Source: Phoronis australis
Lineage: Eukaryota; Animalia; Phoronida
Reading direction: 5' to 3'
Length of the DNA stretch: 64,000 bases
NCBI GenBank assembly: GCA_002633005.1
Contig: NMRA01000613.1
Location: 124,001-188,000, forward strand
Position 1 is the stretch's first letter, and each line of letters starts with the position of its first letter. Below are positions 12,807-27,320 of this stretch, one piece after another. Made by a program: the position numbers and the translations under genes. Below the pieces are notes generated by a model. The model had not been told where the DNA came from. It searched no databases and saw only the letters and a program-made list of their open reading frames with translations.

Positions 12807-13176
12807 TACGTTGGCTGTAAACGGACTGCACGGTAACTTTTTTCTCCGTTGCTAACTCTATCGATAGACTTAGTATCTCTATCGATAGACTTATTAACTC
12901 TATCGATTGCTAACTCTATCGATAGACTTACTAACTGTATCGATAGACTTAGTATCTCTATCGATTGCTAACTCTATCGATAGACTTAGTATCTCTATCG
13001 ATTGCTAACTCTATCGATAGACTTAGTACCTCTATCGATTGCTAACTCTATCGATAGACTTAGTACCTCTATCGATTGCTAACTCTATCGATAGAGATAC
13101 TAGAGTTAATAAGTCTATCAATAGAGATAGTAACGCAGAAAAATAGTTGCCTTGCCGTCCTTTCACAGCCACCGTA
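12807..13176. mobile_element. Foldback-type non-autonomous element: about 60-bp imperfect TIRs (TACG..CGTA termini) enclosing a TATCGATA-rich minisatellite
   Basis: The left arm tacgttggctgtaaacggactgcacggtaacttttttctccgttgctaactctatcgatag matches the reverse complement of the right arm, tacggtggctgtgaaaggacggcaaggcaactatttttctgcgttactatctctattgatag. The interior is made of 21-bp and 16-bp units (ctctatcgatagacttagtat / ctctatcgattgctaa). Confidence 0.8.
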
Positions 13177-13401
13177 GTTGGCCATGCACTACGAAACAAC
13201 TAAAACACTATTCTCGTCAGTGCTCGTCAGGCGCTTTATCCAAAGCAACCCAAGGCTTGTGTTCTGCAAGTCTTTCTTGTTTGAGTGAAAGTGCGCCAAG
13301 TTTTGGTAATGAGTAACGGCAAGATGTGTAGAATACATGTATGAGCCACCACTGAGGATTAAAAAGGTTTAAGCAATTTTTAATTCAGGCTTTTTGCATA
13401 G

Positions 13402-13681
13402 CAGGCCCGTAGCCAGCATTAAGTGGGGGTGGTTCGAATTTCTAGAACAGTGGACCTTTAATATTTTGCAAACGTCGACACATTAGAGTTTTCGGTAAGG
13501 CCCTTGACGCAGCTTAATTAGGGGGAAGGGAAATCTGTATACACGACGGTGACTCTCAGCTATATGTTTCTGAGATGAGACAGAACACGTACACTGTAGT
13601 ATCATAAATGAGGATGGAGTGGCGGTTGCTCGCAAAGAACGGGACACAAGTTCCAATAACAGAACGTTCTCGCGTTACCTC
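13402..13681 (+). mobile_element. Left-end fragment of the CAGGCCCGTAGCCAG DNA-transposon family
   Basis: Aligns by eye with 33469-33737 (caggcccgtagccagcatt..ggtggttcga..tggaccttt..atattttgcaaacgtcgacac..gttgctcgcaaa..cgcgttacctc). Confidence 0.7.
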
Positions 13682-15472
13682 CTGCCAAAATTTGAAATCA
13701 GGCATGCTTAAATGAGTGATTACACTACGTTAAATGCTCGGACGGAAATATGAAGTTTAGTCAGAGAATGACTTGAGGAAATTGTTTATCTTGTTGTATT
13801 TTTGCGCGTTACTGAAGTTTCTTACATCGCTGGAAATGGGAGCAGCCCACTATTTCGAAGGTTTTGTATTCTGAAGGTTCACTATTCCTAAAGTTCACTG
13901 CCGGGAGGGTTATTCAAAGATGTTACTTGAATGTGGTAAAGCGCCAGGAGAGGGGGTCACATATTTGCAAAGTTGAAATTCCTGTTGAATTGGCATCTTC
14001 CTGTGGCCCTGGGATGTGTCCTGCTTGTGACTTGGGGTGAGTATCACTGGTATTTAAAGTCGACGAAAGATAATCTGGAATTAAGGTCCACTTGAAATTT
14101 TTTTCCTGTTCTTTGCTTCACAATTCTTACCTTCCATTGCTTTTTTGTTAATAAAATATCACCACACTTCCTATTCTGTTTTATTAGGAACTGACTGTAA
14201 AAAATTAAAAGCATCACTTGTCTAGTATAAACATCGAAAGGCTCCTAGGTGCTCTTTCTCGAAGAGTATTTGAATTTTGATTAAAAATCAGTCTGCGGCG
14301 GCTTTTTGACCTGTTTCACGACGTCAGGCAAAGGCTAAGTCAGGAAATCTGTATAAAACTCAAAGCAAACGACTGAAATCCATAGCCTGGCCGAGAGCAG
14401 ACTAATAACCAAAGCCAAAAACGTGAAATTAACTTTTGGCTGTTGTCCCAATGTATTTGGTATTGTAAGAAGTTTTCCACCACTATATGGCAGTGTTGCC
14501 CTATTTTGCTCGTTTGTTTTGGAAGTGACAACAAAGACGTTATACGGTGATGTGACTTTAAGAATACCCGAGAAAATGTTTTATATTAATAATAACACAA
14601 TTTACATGAAATCACAATTTCAATATTTTATCATCTTTCACCAAAGTCACAGTTGGCAAATTTTACGAAAATCTGCAACTTCAAAAGCGTGAATCCCCAC
14701 CGTGCCCCATGTTGATTTTATTGTTTTTATTCCACAACAAAAGAGAGCGCACCTCGCGGTGAATCAAGTCCGTGAGATATGGACGAAACGGCTGTACAAG
14801 GTACGGCTTTTCGGTTCCAAAAGGAATCATTTAATATCATCATCATGGAACCCAGGAAAATAGTCTGAGTCAAAAGCGTGAACGTTTTTACATTTAAAAA
14901 TTCAAAATAAAATTGCTAGGTCAACAAAATCCTCAACAAGAAACCACTTTTAAAGCTCCCACAACACAGGGCCCACTCATATATGACGTTCCAATTTCAG
15001 CCAAATTTGGACGTTTTGTAGGGTCCTGCATAATAGCCCAAGCATTCGAAACCCTGTTTTGATGATTTCAACCAATCCTCGTTCTGTCGCCTAATGTGGC
15101 ATCGACGTCAATCTTGTAAGTTAAAGACAAGAATCACCTAAAAACTCATCATCCGTATCTCACCAATTGTATCTAAATTGGTCCTTTGACTTGGCTTTTC
15201 CCACAGTTGCCGTGTAATTCACTAAACGCGTAGGTCACGCTTGTCCGTTTAGCAGACAAAGAAAGGAATTTTCAAATTATCCTCTGAGCGTTAATTGTTG
15301 AGGATTACAGAGCGTTATTTTGTGTCAGAGAACTGTATGGGAAAGCTGTTTCAGTACATCTGTAATAGGCCAAAACCGGGTTTGGTATCCTTTTAACGAC
15401 AATCTTTTCAGTTAAGAAGCCTGTGCACTAATTGTAACAGTGGTAGTAAGTAAGACAACATGTCGCTGCTAA

Positions 15473-15906
15473 CGCAAGTGCTATCTGGTTTTGCCCAGAC
15501 ACAGAACATCGTTTTATTCTAAGTCCTTCTTTATTCAGACCATCAAACAGTGGAACAATTTTCCTAATAATCTTAAGAATGCTGATTGTTATGATAATTT
15601 CAGACACCCCCTCATCAGTTACCTGTGGTCGTCATAGATGTCCCTCCTTCTTGTCTTTCCAATATATTTACCAAAATTTTGTATTCATTTATTTATCTTT
15701 AATTCAATTTTTTATCCAATTTGTAAATACTATTTTATTTAATGTATCTTATTGTATCTTAATTTAATCTGTTTATCTAACTTAATTTAATTAATTTAAT
15801 TTCTTGCTGCAGAGAACCATGCTGGATATTAGCCTTTGGCTAAAGCATGTTTTACATTTATTGTATTTTTATCCTCTTTAAATAAAGTTTATTATTATTA
15901 TTACTA
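15473..15906 (+). mobile_element. 3' end of a CR1/L2-group LINE (ORF2 C-terminus, 3' UTR and (TTA)n tail)
   Basis: 15473-15637 translates as RKCYLVLPRHRTSFYSKSFFIQTIKQWNNFPNNLKNADCYDNFRHPLISYLWSS*, the classic 'RT..Y..SFF...I..WN.LP' motif. It is followed by an AT-rich UTR, a tagcctttggcta hairpin and an aataaagtttattattattatta tail. Confidence 0.75.
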
Positions 15907-16279
15907 TGAGTATCCTGTAAGGGAGCGGTGACATTGCCTCACCCAAAACGTGCCACCCCCCCTCGATCCCTCCCCTCTCTGACTCCGTCATCACCCGTCA
16001 TTACATAATCTCCTCCCATCCAGTCTCCAATTACGTCATCACAGCCAGAATATCCCACCGTTCTTTGGAGATTCCGTCTTTATGAGTCTATTCACAAACT
16101 AATGTCGCTGTGTAATCATAACTAAGTTGCATTTGCTGTTGTTGTATTCAGTAATGAAATAAAGTACGATTTTTCAACTAATAAAACCGAAAACAATGAA
16201 TAGTTTCACACCTAACTACGTCAGAGGAGTGGAGATGGGGGGCGGGGACAAAATATTTTAATACGGCGTTCGTTGCTAT

Positions 16280-17320
16280 ATCTTATGCCTTGCAAGATCT
16301 TGAGGTTTGGCAGATATGTAAACCAGACGATGAATTTTGGGCCGATCCAACCGCCGCTCTACCCCCTAGTGGCAATTTTAGTTTTTTTTGTTTGAGTTCA
16401 GTCCTTAAGTGGATTTTCATGAAATTTGGTAAAAAGGTTTCTACTAAGAAGGTGAAGGATTTAACGCAACATTGTGCCACACCTGTTGGCCATTATGAGT
16501 ACCCTTTTGTCGTTAGCCTCTCAATCCGCTTAACAATTCAAAGAATCATTATGAACAATGGCAGGTTTGTTTCTGATGAGAAGACCGTAACTGACGTTGG
16601 TTTTCGGACGGGTTTTACTGATCTGACGTCCCTAGTTGTATCTCCTTAACTCATAATATTTTTGGAAATTTGGCACTGAGACGTGTTCCTATGGAGATGG
16701 CAACAGATGACTGCGAGTTTCAAACCAATCTGACAACAGTTGTTCCCCCTAGTGCATGGCAATTATATATTTTTACGTTTGCCTCTGTTATTTGAGTTAC
16801 GGGTGGATTTTCGTGAAATGTGGCAGATAGGTTTCTATTACGGAGATAACAAATGCCTTTTCATTGCCGACATTGTCTGCGCCACCTACTGGAAATTTTT
16901 TATTAGTTCTAAACCGTCTTTGGCGCCCGCCTCTTTATCCGCCAAGCTGCTCAAAGGATCATTATTAAAAGTAGCAGTTGTCTTCCTGATGAGAAGACCG
17001 TATAGCTGACGCTGATCTCCGGACGGGTCTGACAACTGTAGCGGCCACTTGTGGTGATTTTGTATTCGTTGCGATCATGGCTATAGGTATTAAATGTGAC
17101 AATGACTACCCACGACTTTTTGAATGACTGACCACTGTGCCCGCTGTGGCAATTTTAGTTTCTACATCTTTGGTGTCCCTTAGTGGATCTTCACGAACTG
17201 TGGGAAATAGTTTTGTAATAGAGAGACGACGCCTTCTCATTTTCTGACGGGTTTGAGCCAGGTAATGGTCCCCGAAGCACACCGTTTAGTGGGTGCATTT
17301 CGATGCTCCATGTTGTTCTT
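16280..17320 (+). repeat. Interspersed repeat with internal subrepeats; same family as 59349-60095 (boundaries approximate)
   Basis: Blocks shared with the 59.4-60.1 kb copy include gccaa(g/a)ctgctcaaaggatcatta, gaagacc..tgacg(c/t)tgat, tgtatctccttaac and gatggcaacag(a/g)tgact..gagtttca(a/g)accaatc. Confidence 0.6.
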
Positions 17321-19317
17321 GTACTATTAAGTTTCAACACTATCAACTTCTGTTACTCTGAGACCAGTCTCCACTGAAACGGCAATCTGGGGAACAAAAC
17401 TTGAGATTTAAGTAAGGCACTTGAGGTATAGTATGACGGCAAATCACAAAAAGCCGTCGGCGTCGTGGACGCAATATTGACTATTAAAAGCCTTCTAGAA
17501 AATATCTAATAGAATTGAAATTTTTAGATTTTCTGACAGATTTGATGATCTTTGACAATTATAGCCAACAAACATTTTATTATGTACACGTTAACTTAAT
17601 TAGCGACATTAATTGGGTGTCGCAGACGAATTGGACAAAAATTATCAATTTTGAATTTGAAATCCATCTCAAAAGTTCTGTTCTGTTAGCAAATTCAATA
17701 AATCAATGTGTTATTTTCCATTAGGTCCAGTCCCTTTATTTAACACAGCTGAACTGATTTTTGGAAAATGTTTATATTTTTTATTTTGAGCGATTTTCAA
17801 GCCGATACAAAACCTTAAATTATACTTGCGCCTTGTCAACTTCACTAAACATAAGTTTGCAAGTAATTGATCGCGTGCCACACTGTCATTTCAGCTGCGA
17901 TTAGAAAACTCTTTTGCATACTATCTTCAACGATAAACATTTCCAGAACATGTTCTGTCTCCACTCACATTAATAAATTAAATCTAAAAATACTGAGAAC
18001 GGTGACTTTCTATCAGACAATCTCTTATACTTGAACATACAACAAAAATGTTGCAAATGATGACTTGGAGAAGTGAATTAGATAATCAATTTTTTTTTTT
18101 AAATTCTGATTTGAACTGCCACTTAGTAAAAAACGAGGTGAAAAAGAAATAGAATATTGTACAATAGATCAGCACATAAATGCACCTACAAAAATTTCTT
18201 TCGCGACAGCATTTTTCGTCCGCAACATGCTTTTGTAACAATTCCTGTTCAACAATTTTCAATCTTTGAAATATTATTTTCATCTTGAAATTATCAGAGA
18301 ATCTGAAATTTAGTACAAATAGGCTCATTATTTTTCTTCTAAATCCAACTTTTCATACCCCAAAATGTCTCGGACGGAAAATTGCCATTTGGGTGGTTAA
18401 TTATGAGAAAACTAATTAACACAATTGGTTCTACCAAATTTCATCTTAATCAGAGTGTGATGTGATAGCCGTCACAAAATCAATTTAGCTGTAAGTTGAA
18501 ATAAAGTTAATGATTTTGATAAAAGTCAAATTAAAAAATTCCCCAATTTTCTTATTCTTTTGGACAAAACTGCTGAAAAACGTAGAAAGTGGCAAAATTT
18601 CAAAATATCTTGTGTAGTGCAACAAATTTCAGGCATTTAACTACCTAGACACCAAATTTTGAGAGTAAAAGCTAATTTTCAAAAGAATATTTTGGAGAAC
18701 CAAATATCTTGATTTGACCCTGTAATAAATTCAGTCACAACCCTGCATATATACGTAACAAGCTCACAGCGTAAATCCAATCTCCTGCAAAACGTAACCC
18801 CGCCTGTCGCTGGACGTCCTAATCATGTCCTAATGAGTTTCGTAACTGCGATGATTGTCGTGATAGGCAATAATCGAGCGGGGCTGTCGTTTGGCTGTGT
18901 ACATGTAAGTCTAGTGAAATATCAAATTTTGGAAGCGTAACGTCAGGTCCCGGTTTTTGAATTAGTTAATTCTGCAAAAAGTCGTACTGTGATGAAGATA
19001 TTCTAATGAACCGCATGATGAAATCATCGGGTATCTCAACACCCTCTCCCCCTCATAAATCGTCATCTTTTCAACTCCCCTCCCTTTCGAATGGTGACGT
19101 ACTATGCGAACGCTCCCTAACGGACTCAAAATGTAACGTTCTATAGTTCGAGAACATTTGCGAGCTCTCCAAGGAAGGGTCTCTAAATCAGTCTCATGTT
19201 GCCCTTCAGCGGAGCAGGCATCGTTAAGTTGGATGCGTACCAATCTTTAAATTTGTGATACTTATGCAGACGCAAATGTTCCAATAATGGAAATAGAGAT
19301 TTGACAACTTAATATGT

Positions 19318-19323
19318 TTTATT
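19318..19323 (-). terminator. Polyadenylation signal AATAAA of alpha-tubulin
   Basis: tttatt on the plus strand, about 90 nt beyond the tubulin stop codon. Confidence 0.6.
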
Positions 19324-19412
19324 ATAATAAAATCTCAGTATAGTAACAAAATATTTGCTAACAAACAGAGATGGTAGGAAATAAAACAATATAGAAAGAG
19401 CGAGCATTAAGG

Positions 19413-22191
<2,779 letters not shown>

Positions 22192-22282
22192 TGTGTTTTG
22201 CTAGCTCAGACGAAAATTAACACAGAGATTGAAAAGTTTCAAGCAACTCTCACACACGACGTTCAGGTCTCGGTGAGAATGT

Positions 22283-22317
22283 GAATGACGAGGCGTGACT
22301 CAACAAAGGTTTATGTA
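22283..22317 (-). promoter_or_regulatory. Alpha-tubulin core promoter: TATA-like TACATAAA at about -31 from Inr-like TCATTC, with an AP-1-type TGAGTCA between them
   Basis: The minus strand reads tacataaacctttgttgagtcacgcctcgtcattc. The predicted TSS is about 22286, 95 nt upstream of the ATG. Confidence 0.55.
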
Positions 22318-24625
22318 GTGGTTTCGTCTCTCGAGGTCAACATAACTAAATAAACACTGTCGTTGGTTGGTTACGCTGTTGACCTCAATAAAGATTTCGG
22401 TTGTTGTAGCGGGGGTTCTGGTGAGCCTTTCATCTGTTGTCAAGTGCCATTCATTGCATGAGAGTTTACTTCAGCGCTGTGTGCGCGTAACATCTAGCGG
22501 GGAGAGGTCGGGAGGGGGGTTTCTGTTGATTAGAATCGCTCCCATGACCAGACACTATTATCATTACAGACTCATATATCACTGCTGAGCATGCGCAGTG
22601 TCTTTTCTCTCCCCTCCACGTTTCATAGTGTGTAGTTTGTAGACGTGTATTTTATAGCTCTCAATAAATTAGTTATGGATCGCAAATCAACAGTTTCCCT
22701 CTCTTGTGTAAATTTTTTGTTTGTTTTTGTAGCTGATTTTGTTTTCCTCGCGACGTTTTTTCAATTTTTATTTTTGATCCTGTCCCGGGGGTACCCCATG
22801 AACCCCCCTCGTAGATCCGCCACTGTCCGATTAATCGCCTGCCACTAATGGGTGTTTAAATTGCTAAGCAGTGTTCAGACACAACTTTTTGAGGTGAGAA
22901 ATGGTATCCGGGGTTTGTCAATTGAAACACGTCCTTGACTCCGACACTCAAGATTAGATTGCAAAGGCGAGTAGTAAGAGGTCGAGACTACCGTAATTTT
23001 CGGTAGGGCCCTCGAAAACTGTCCATTTTGGCTGACCGGTATACATGTAACTCATAAGTTGCTGAACTGTTTCCGGGGAACTTTCAGATACTATGCCGGC
23101 GTATGTGCACTGTTCTCAAGCCAGAACGCTTTTAGGAACTGTTTTTCTAAATTGACTAAGTGCTATCAAAATAACCATTGATCAGTGATTTTTATGAAAC
23201 AACTGAAACGCTGGATGAAACGAAAACGAAATTATAACTTACAAAACAGCGCTTTTGAGACTTCATCCTGAACATCGTATACATGTATCAATCTAAATTT
23301 TTTATTGATGCCCGGGCACTGCTTTGCTAGGATTGTATCTTCGTTATTTTCTTAATTTTACTAAAAGACATCTTCATGTGTGAACCTAGGAAAGGTGGAT
23401 TGGTGGTATGAAACCAAATAGGAATTAAAATGCTTGCTTTTCTTGAGTTCTGAAAAGGATATTTGGCTGAGGCACAGATTTAGTCAAATTGAAAACCGAA
23501 AACTGCATTTCGCGCCACAGCTAGTTAAAACGGCTATCTAACTGACTGTTTACTCTCATGAAATCGGTCTCATAATATACCCTAACGTGACATGACTCCA
23601 TTTCGTGACAAATGCAGGTCACAGGCAATAACTAGTGACATTTATTTTACTTTAGTAGGCGTTCGGATCCAGGCTGTCGAGGAGCGCCAGTTTTCAGATT
23701 TTGAAGTTCTTGCTGAAATCTGCCGAATGTTATCACGGCAAGGAATAATATAACACCAGGGTAATTCAATTTTCGTTTTTTTTTTATTCAGTCTCCTAAC
23801 TGCGAACGGGGCGACTCACGGAACCGGCTGACTGAGGGTCACTGCCATGATATCAGACAGAGACCAGTAATCACAGGGCATTAAAATTTTTCTTATTGTA
23901 GTTACTATATGAGCCTAATAGGCTGCTATCATTATTATCGTTTCAGAATCATCCTACAGTAACAGCAATTATTCCTTCAGCTTTTGGCAAACAAAATCGC
24001 CCACTACTCTGACGCGATACTCGGGTTTGCCTCAGGTCGGCCGATACCCACAAGGCCTTCAAGCCAAGTTCGTGACGACCAGCGGTAAAATAGCGCCCGA
24101 ATTTAATCTGTTTTCTTATTTTATTTGCACTTCGTACCTGCAACTCATTGTATACATTATTTCTGTTCTTTTTTCAAAGGAAAACAAGCACGATCCATGA
24201 GGAATCTATCCCTGCTGAAAATTCAAGCCAAAACCCAATTAGAATTGTTAACTGAAGCGCAAGTTTCAATTACCCCATTCCCTGCCAACACAATAGAGAG
24301 CCAGCTGGCTGGCCTGCCTCAGTTAAGATGGCATCATAAAATTATCCAACTGAATAGGACTACTTGTGACCTTCTTTTTGACCTGGATTTTCATATGGAG
24401 GAACCAGAAACCTGTTATATGGTAGTTACATTGGCTGAGAACGAATTTTATAGAAACGTTACATACCAATAGGTTGGTTGCACTTACATTGCAATTATTT
24501 TACAATAAATGAAGTAATATGAAAGATAAGCAATATATCTAATCACACAAGTTTTTATTTTTAAAACATGCATACAAATAGATATAATAGGAAAAAGGAA
24601 ACAACTTTACACAGAAAATAAACAT

Positions 24626-24823
24626 NNNNNNNNNNNNNNNNNNNNNNNNNNNNNNNNNNNNNNNNNNNNNNNNNNNNNNNNNNNNNNNNNNNNNNNNNNN
24701 NNNNNNNNNNNNNNNNNNNNNNNNNNNNNNNNNNNNNNNNNNNNNNNNNNNNNNNNNNNNNNNNNNNNNNNNNNNNNNNNNNNNNNNNNNNNNNNNNNNN
24801 NNNNNNNNNNNNNNNNNNNNNNN
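24626..24823. other. Assembly gap (N run)
   Basis: Continuous Ns. Confidence 1.
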
Positions 24824-25071
24824 ACAAGACCGCAATGGCTCACCTTTGGCCTATTTAAAAATTATTGAGGTTATGAAGTCACATCACCTAGCGAGCGCGG
24901 TAAAAATTGGAGCGTGCGCAGTACAAAAATTTTGATTTCACGATTTTGGGAACTGAAATAGGGACTGATCGAAGAAAAAGTTTCATAACGGGAGTATTTG
25001 TTGGAGTTGGAAGGACTTAAACACATCGACAACCTCCTAAGGTGTTCCTCTATGCGCAAAAGGTATTTATA

Positions 25072-25998
25072 ACAACGTGACTTTGATGGTTTAGTCGGTG
25101 CGAGGCATAATTCGCCGAAAAGCTTCCGGCGTACAGAGCGCCTATAGCCTCTCCATCGCCTCTGCTTCGGGCCAACAGAGGCGATGGTCATTGCCTAGCC
25201 AGCCAGCTGAGTGTAGTGTAGTGTAGTATGAATTGAAGAGTTGAAGATTATCGTCAAAATACAGCTAGGAACCACTGTGTGTTTATCTTCAATAGACCCC
25301 GAAATTGCTCACAGCCAGGGTAGTTCTGATTGTCGTCTCGCCGTGAAAGTTGTATCAACATGTAAAGCTAAAGACCGGTGCATGCAAAATCTTGGAATCA
25401 ACCTACACTGAACTTGCCCATTTAGCTTGGCAGCAGCAAAATTTCTTTTGAAATTAGGTTTGCTGGTATCAAAATTATAAAAGGTTATAATGATTTGAAA
25501 CCAGTTACGATAATTTTTTGTGTCATGTATGCATTCTCGTGAAAGAACAACATTTGATTGAAGCCAATCATCGAAAAAAGAAACTGGCCAATAGGCGACA
25601 CAATATTTCATGGCGCTGAAAGCTGAAGCAGATACGAAAATCGCTCCACAACTTTAGCAGCAGAATAACGGTAGAACGCCAATTTTTCCTAAACCAGAAA
25701 ATATTTTTATTTACTCAATTAAGTGTGACACTATACTTTTGTGTCGTATTTTATCTGGTCAGTTTTTTACCCACATTGGCGTACTAAATAATTATACAGC
25801 TTTGTACCAAGGCTTTTTCCGGCCATGCTCGATGTGGTCTCACTTGTCTGTTACTGGGTTCACTGACACTAGACATGCAGTGACCACCGTCTCTAGCTAG
25901 CTTACAACTGGTGAAGCTCCTACTGGGCTAGCTTTCATACGCCGGAAGCTTTTTGGTGAATTATGCCTCACGCTGATTAAAACTTTCAGTCATGTTGT
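25072..25998. mobile_element. Non-autonomous DNA element of about 930 bp with about 62-bp imperfect TIRs and an internal 12-bp perfect hairpin
   Basis: 25072-25133 (acaacgtgactttgatggtttagtcggtgcgaggcataattcgccgaaaagcttccggcgta) is the imperfect reverse complement of 25938-25998 (tacgccggaagctttttggtgaattatgcctcacgctgattaaaactttcagtcatgttgt). The hairpin ccatcgcctctg/cagaggcgatgg lies at 25153-25187. Confidence 0.7.
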
Positions 25999-27320
25999 AT
26001 TATGCCAGTATGAAAGTACTTATTGATATTACTGGGTGAACCTGCTCTCTAGGACGGTGGTTCTCATGGGTAGCTTGCCAATCAAATGTCAGGCAGTAGC
26101 CAACCCTAGGGTAGTGTACCAGCTGCCCATCAAACAATGGTGAGATTGATTACCTGGCATGACTTCCACCATTGCAATTGTAATTGAGATGGATTGAAAG
26201 GCAGCCCCACTCCCTTTCTCAAGGTGTGAGAGGTAGGTATGTTCTAAAAAGATCAAAATAAGCTCCCCCATAGGCCACTTGACACCTGACCATAATTGGA
26301 AGCACTCTTCACTCTTCACATTATTCCTCTCGATCGTGTGGAAAGTGTCACCACCTAGTGTGCTGGATCCTAATCAAGTGTGGTAATCCTGTATTTTAGT
26401 CATGAATCCAAATTATCCAGAAATCAAACCCAACTGTGCTTTATATCCGTCTTTTTTAAGTTAGTTTAATTGGTCTTTAGGCCTTGTAACTGCTTCAGTT
26501 CAAAGGTTGAAGACCTGGTTTTGTTTGGTCTTGCTGATCAAATGGGGTTCATGGATTTTTTTGAATGTCAAGTTACTGACACTAGTAGAGTTTAAGAAAA
26601 GTTATGGCTGTGAAAATCTTGGTTAATGTGTCTACTAATTGTCACAGTCTTTTTATTCAGGGCAAGCTTAGCAGCAGTTCCAGCCCGAGTGTCTATGAAT
26701 GCCAAACAATTGGAAATATTTTTCTAAATATTTTCATGAATTTTTGCTTACGTAATGTGGATATTACTGTCAATTAAATTTTAAAAGAGCTGGCAGACCC
26801 GGAACAGAAGTGTAGAGCAATTTAGATCTTTAAGTTGGGAATTGCAATTCACTATTCTATTCCGTCCTGCGTGAGCCACTTCATAACTCACCCATTACTT
26901 CTTGATGACCGAAAACTAGAATATGAAAACTTAGCAGTGAGAAATCTTAGTGGGTCATGCAAAATACAGGAGAGTGTTTCCAATCAGATTTATGGTAACT
27001 GCTGAAATTGATTTTTCTTCATTTTCAACGTCTTCTTACATTATTGCAATAATTCTGCAAAACATTGTCTGATCGTAGGTACGGATATAAAGCTTAAAAA
27101 TGAATGCAGTTGTTTGGTACTTATCGTTAATGACATTATTTGAAAAAAATCTGAAATAAAATTTCTTGTCGCATGCACCACATTTTGTCATACTGCAAAT
27201 CAACAAAATTTCACTGTAATTGTGTTTGATCCAGCTTCTTAGTGGATTTGAAATCAGAATGTCTTCCTTTCATGTTGTTGAAGATAACCCAACTCTGTTG
27301 ACATGTACTTTTCACTTCAG

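Noticed and set aside
12850-13130. CRISPR-like appearance of regular repeats (also 53925-54083 and 37234-37337)
   Set aside because: There are no unique spacers and no cas genes, and the context is eukaryotic; these are tandem repeats.
13961-14036. Signal-peptide-like plus-strand frame (IFAKLKFLLNWHLPVALGCVLLVTW) before a gtgagt donor
   Set aside because: It has no in-frame ATG (ATA at the expected position, and a stop shortly upstream), and no downstream exon was identified.
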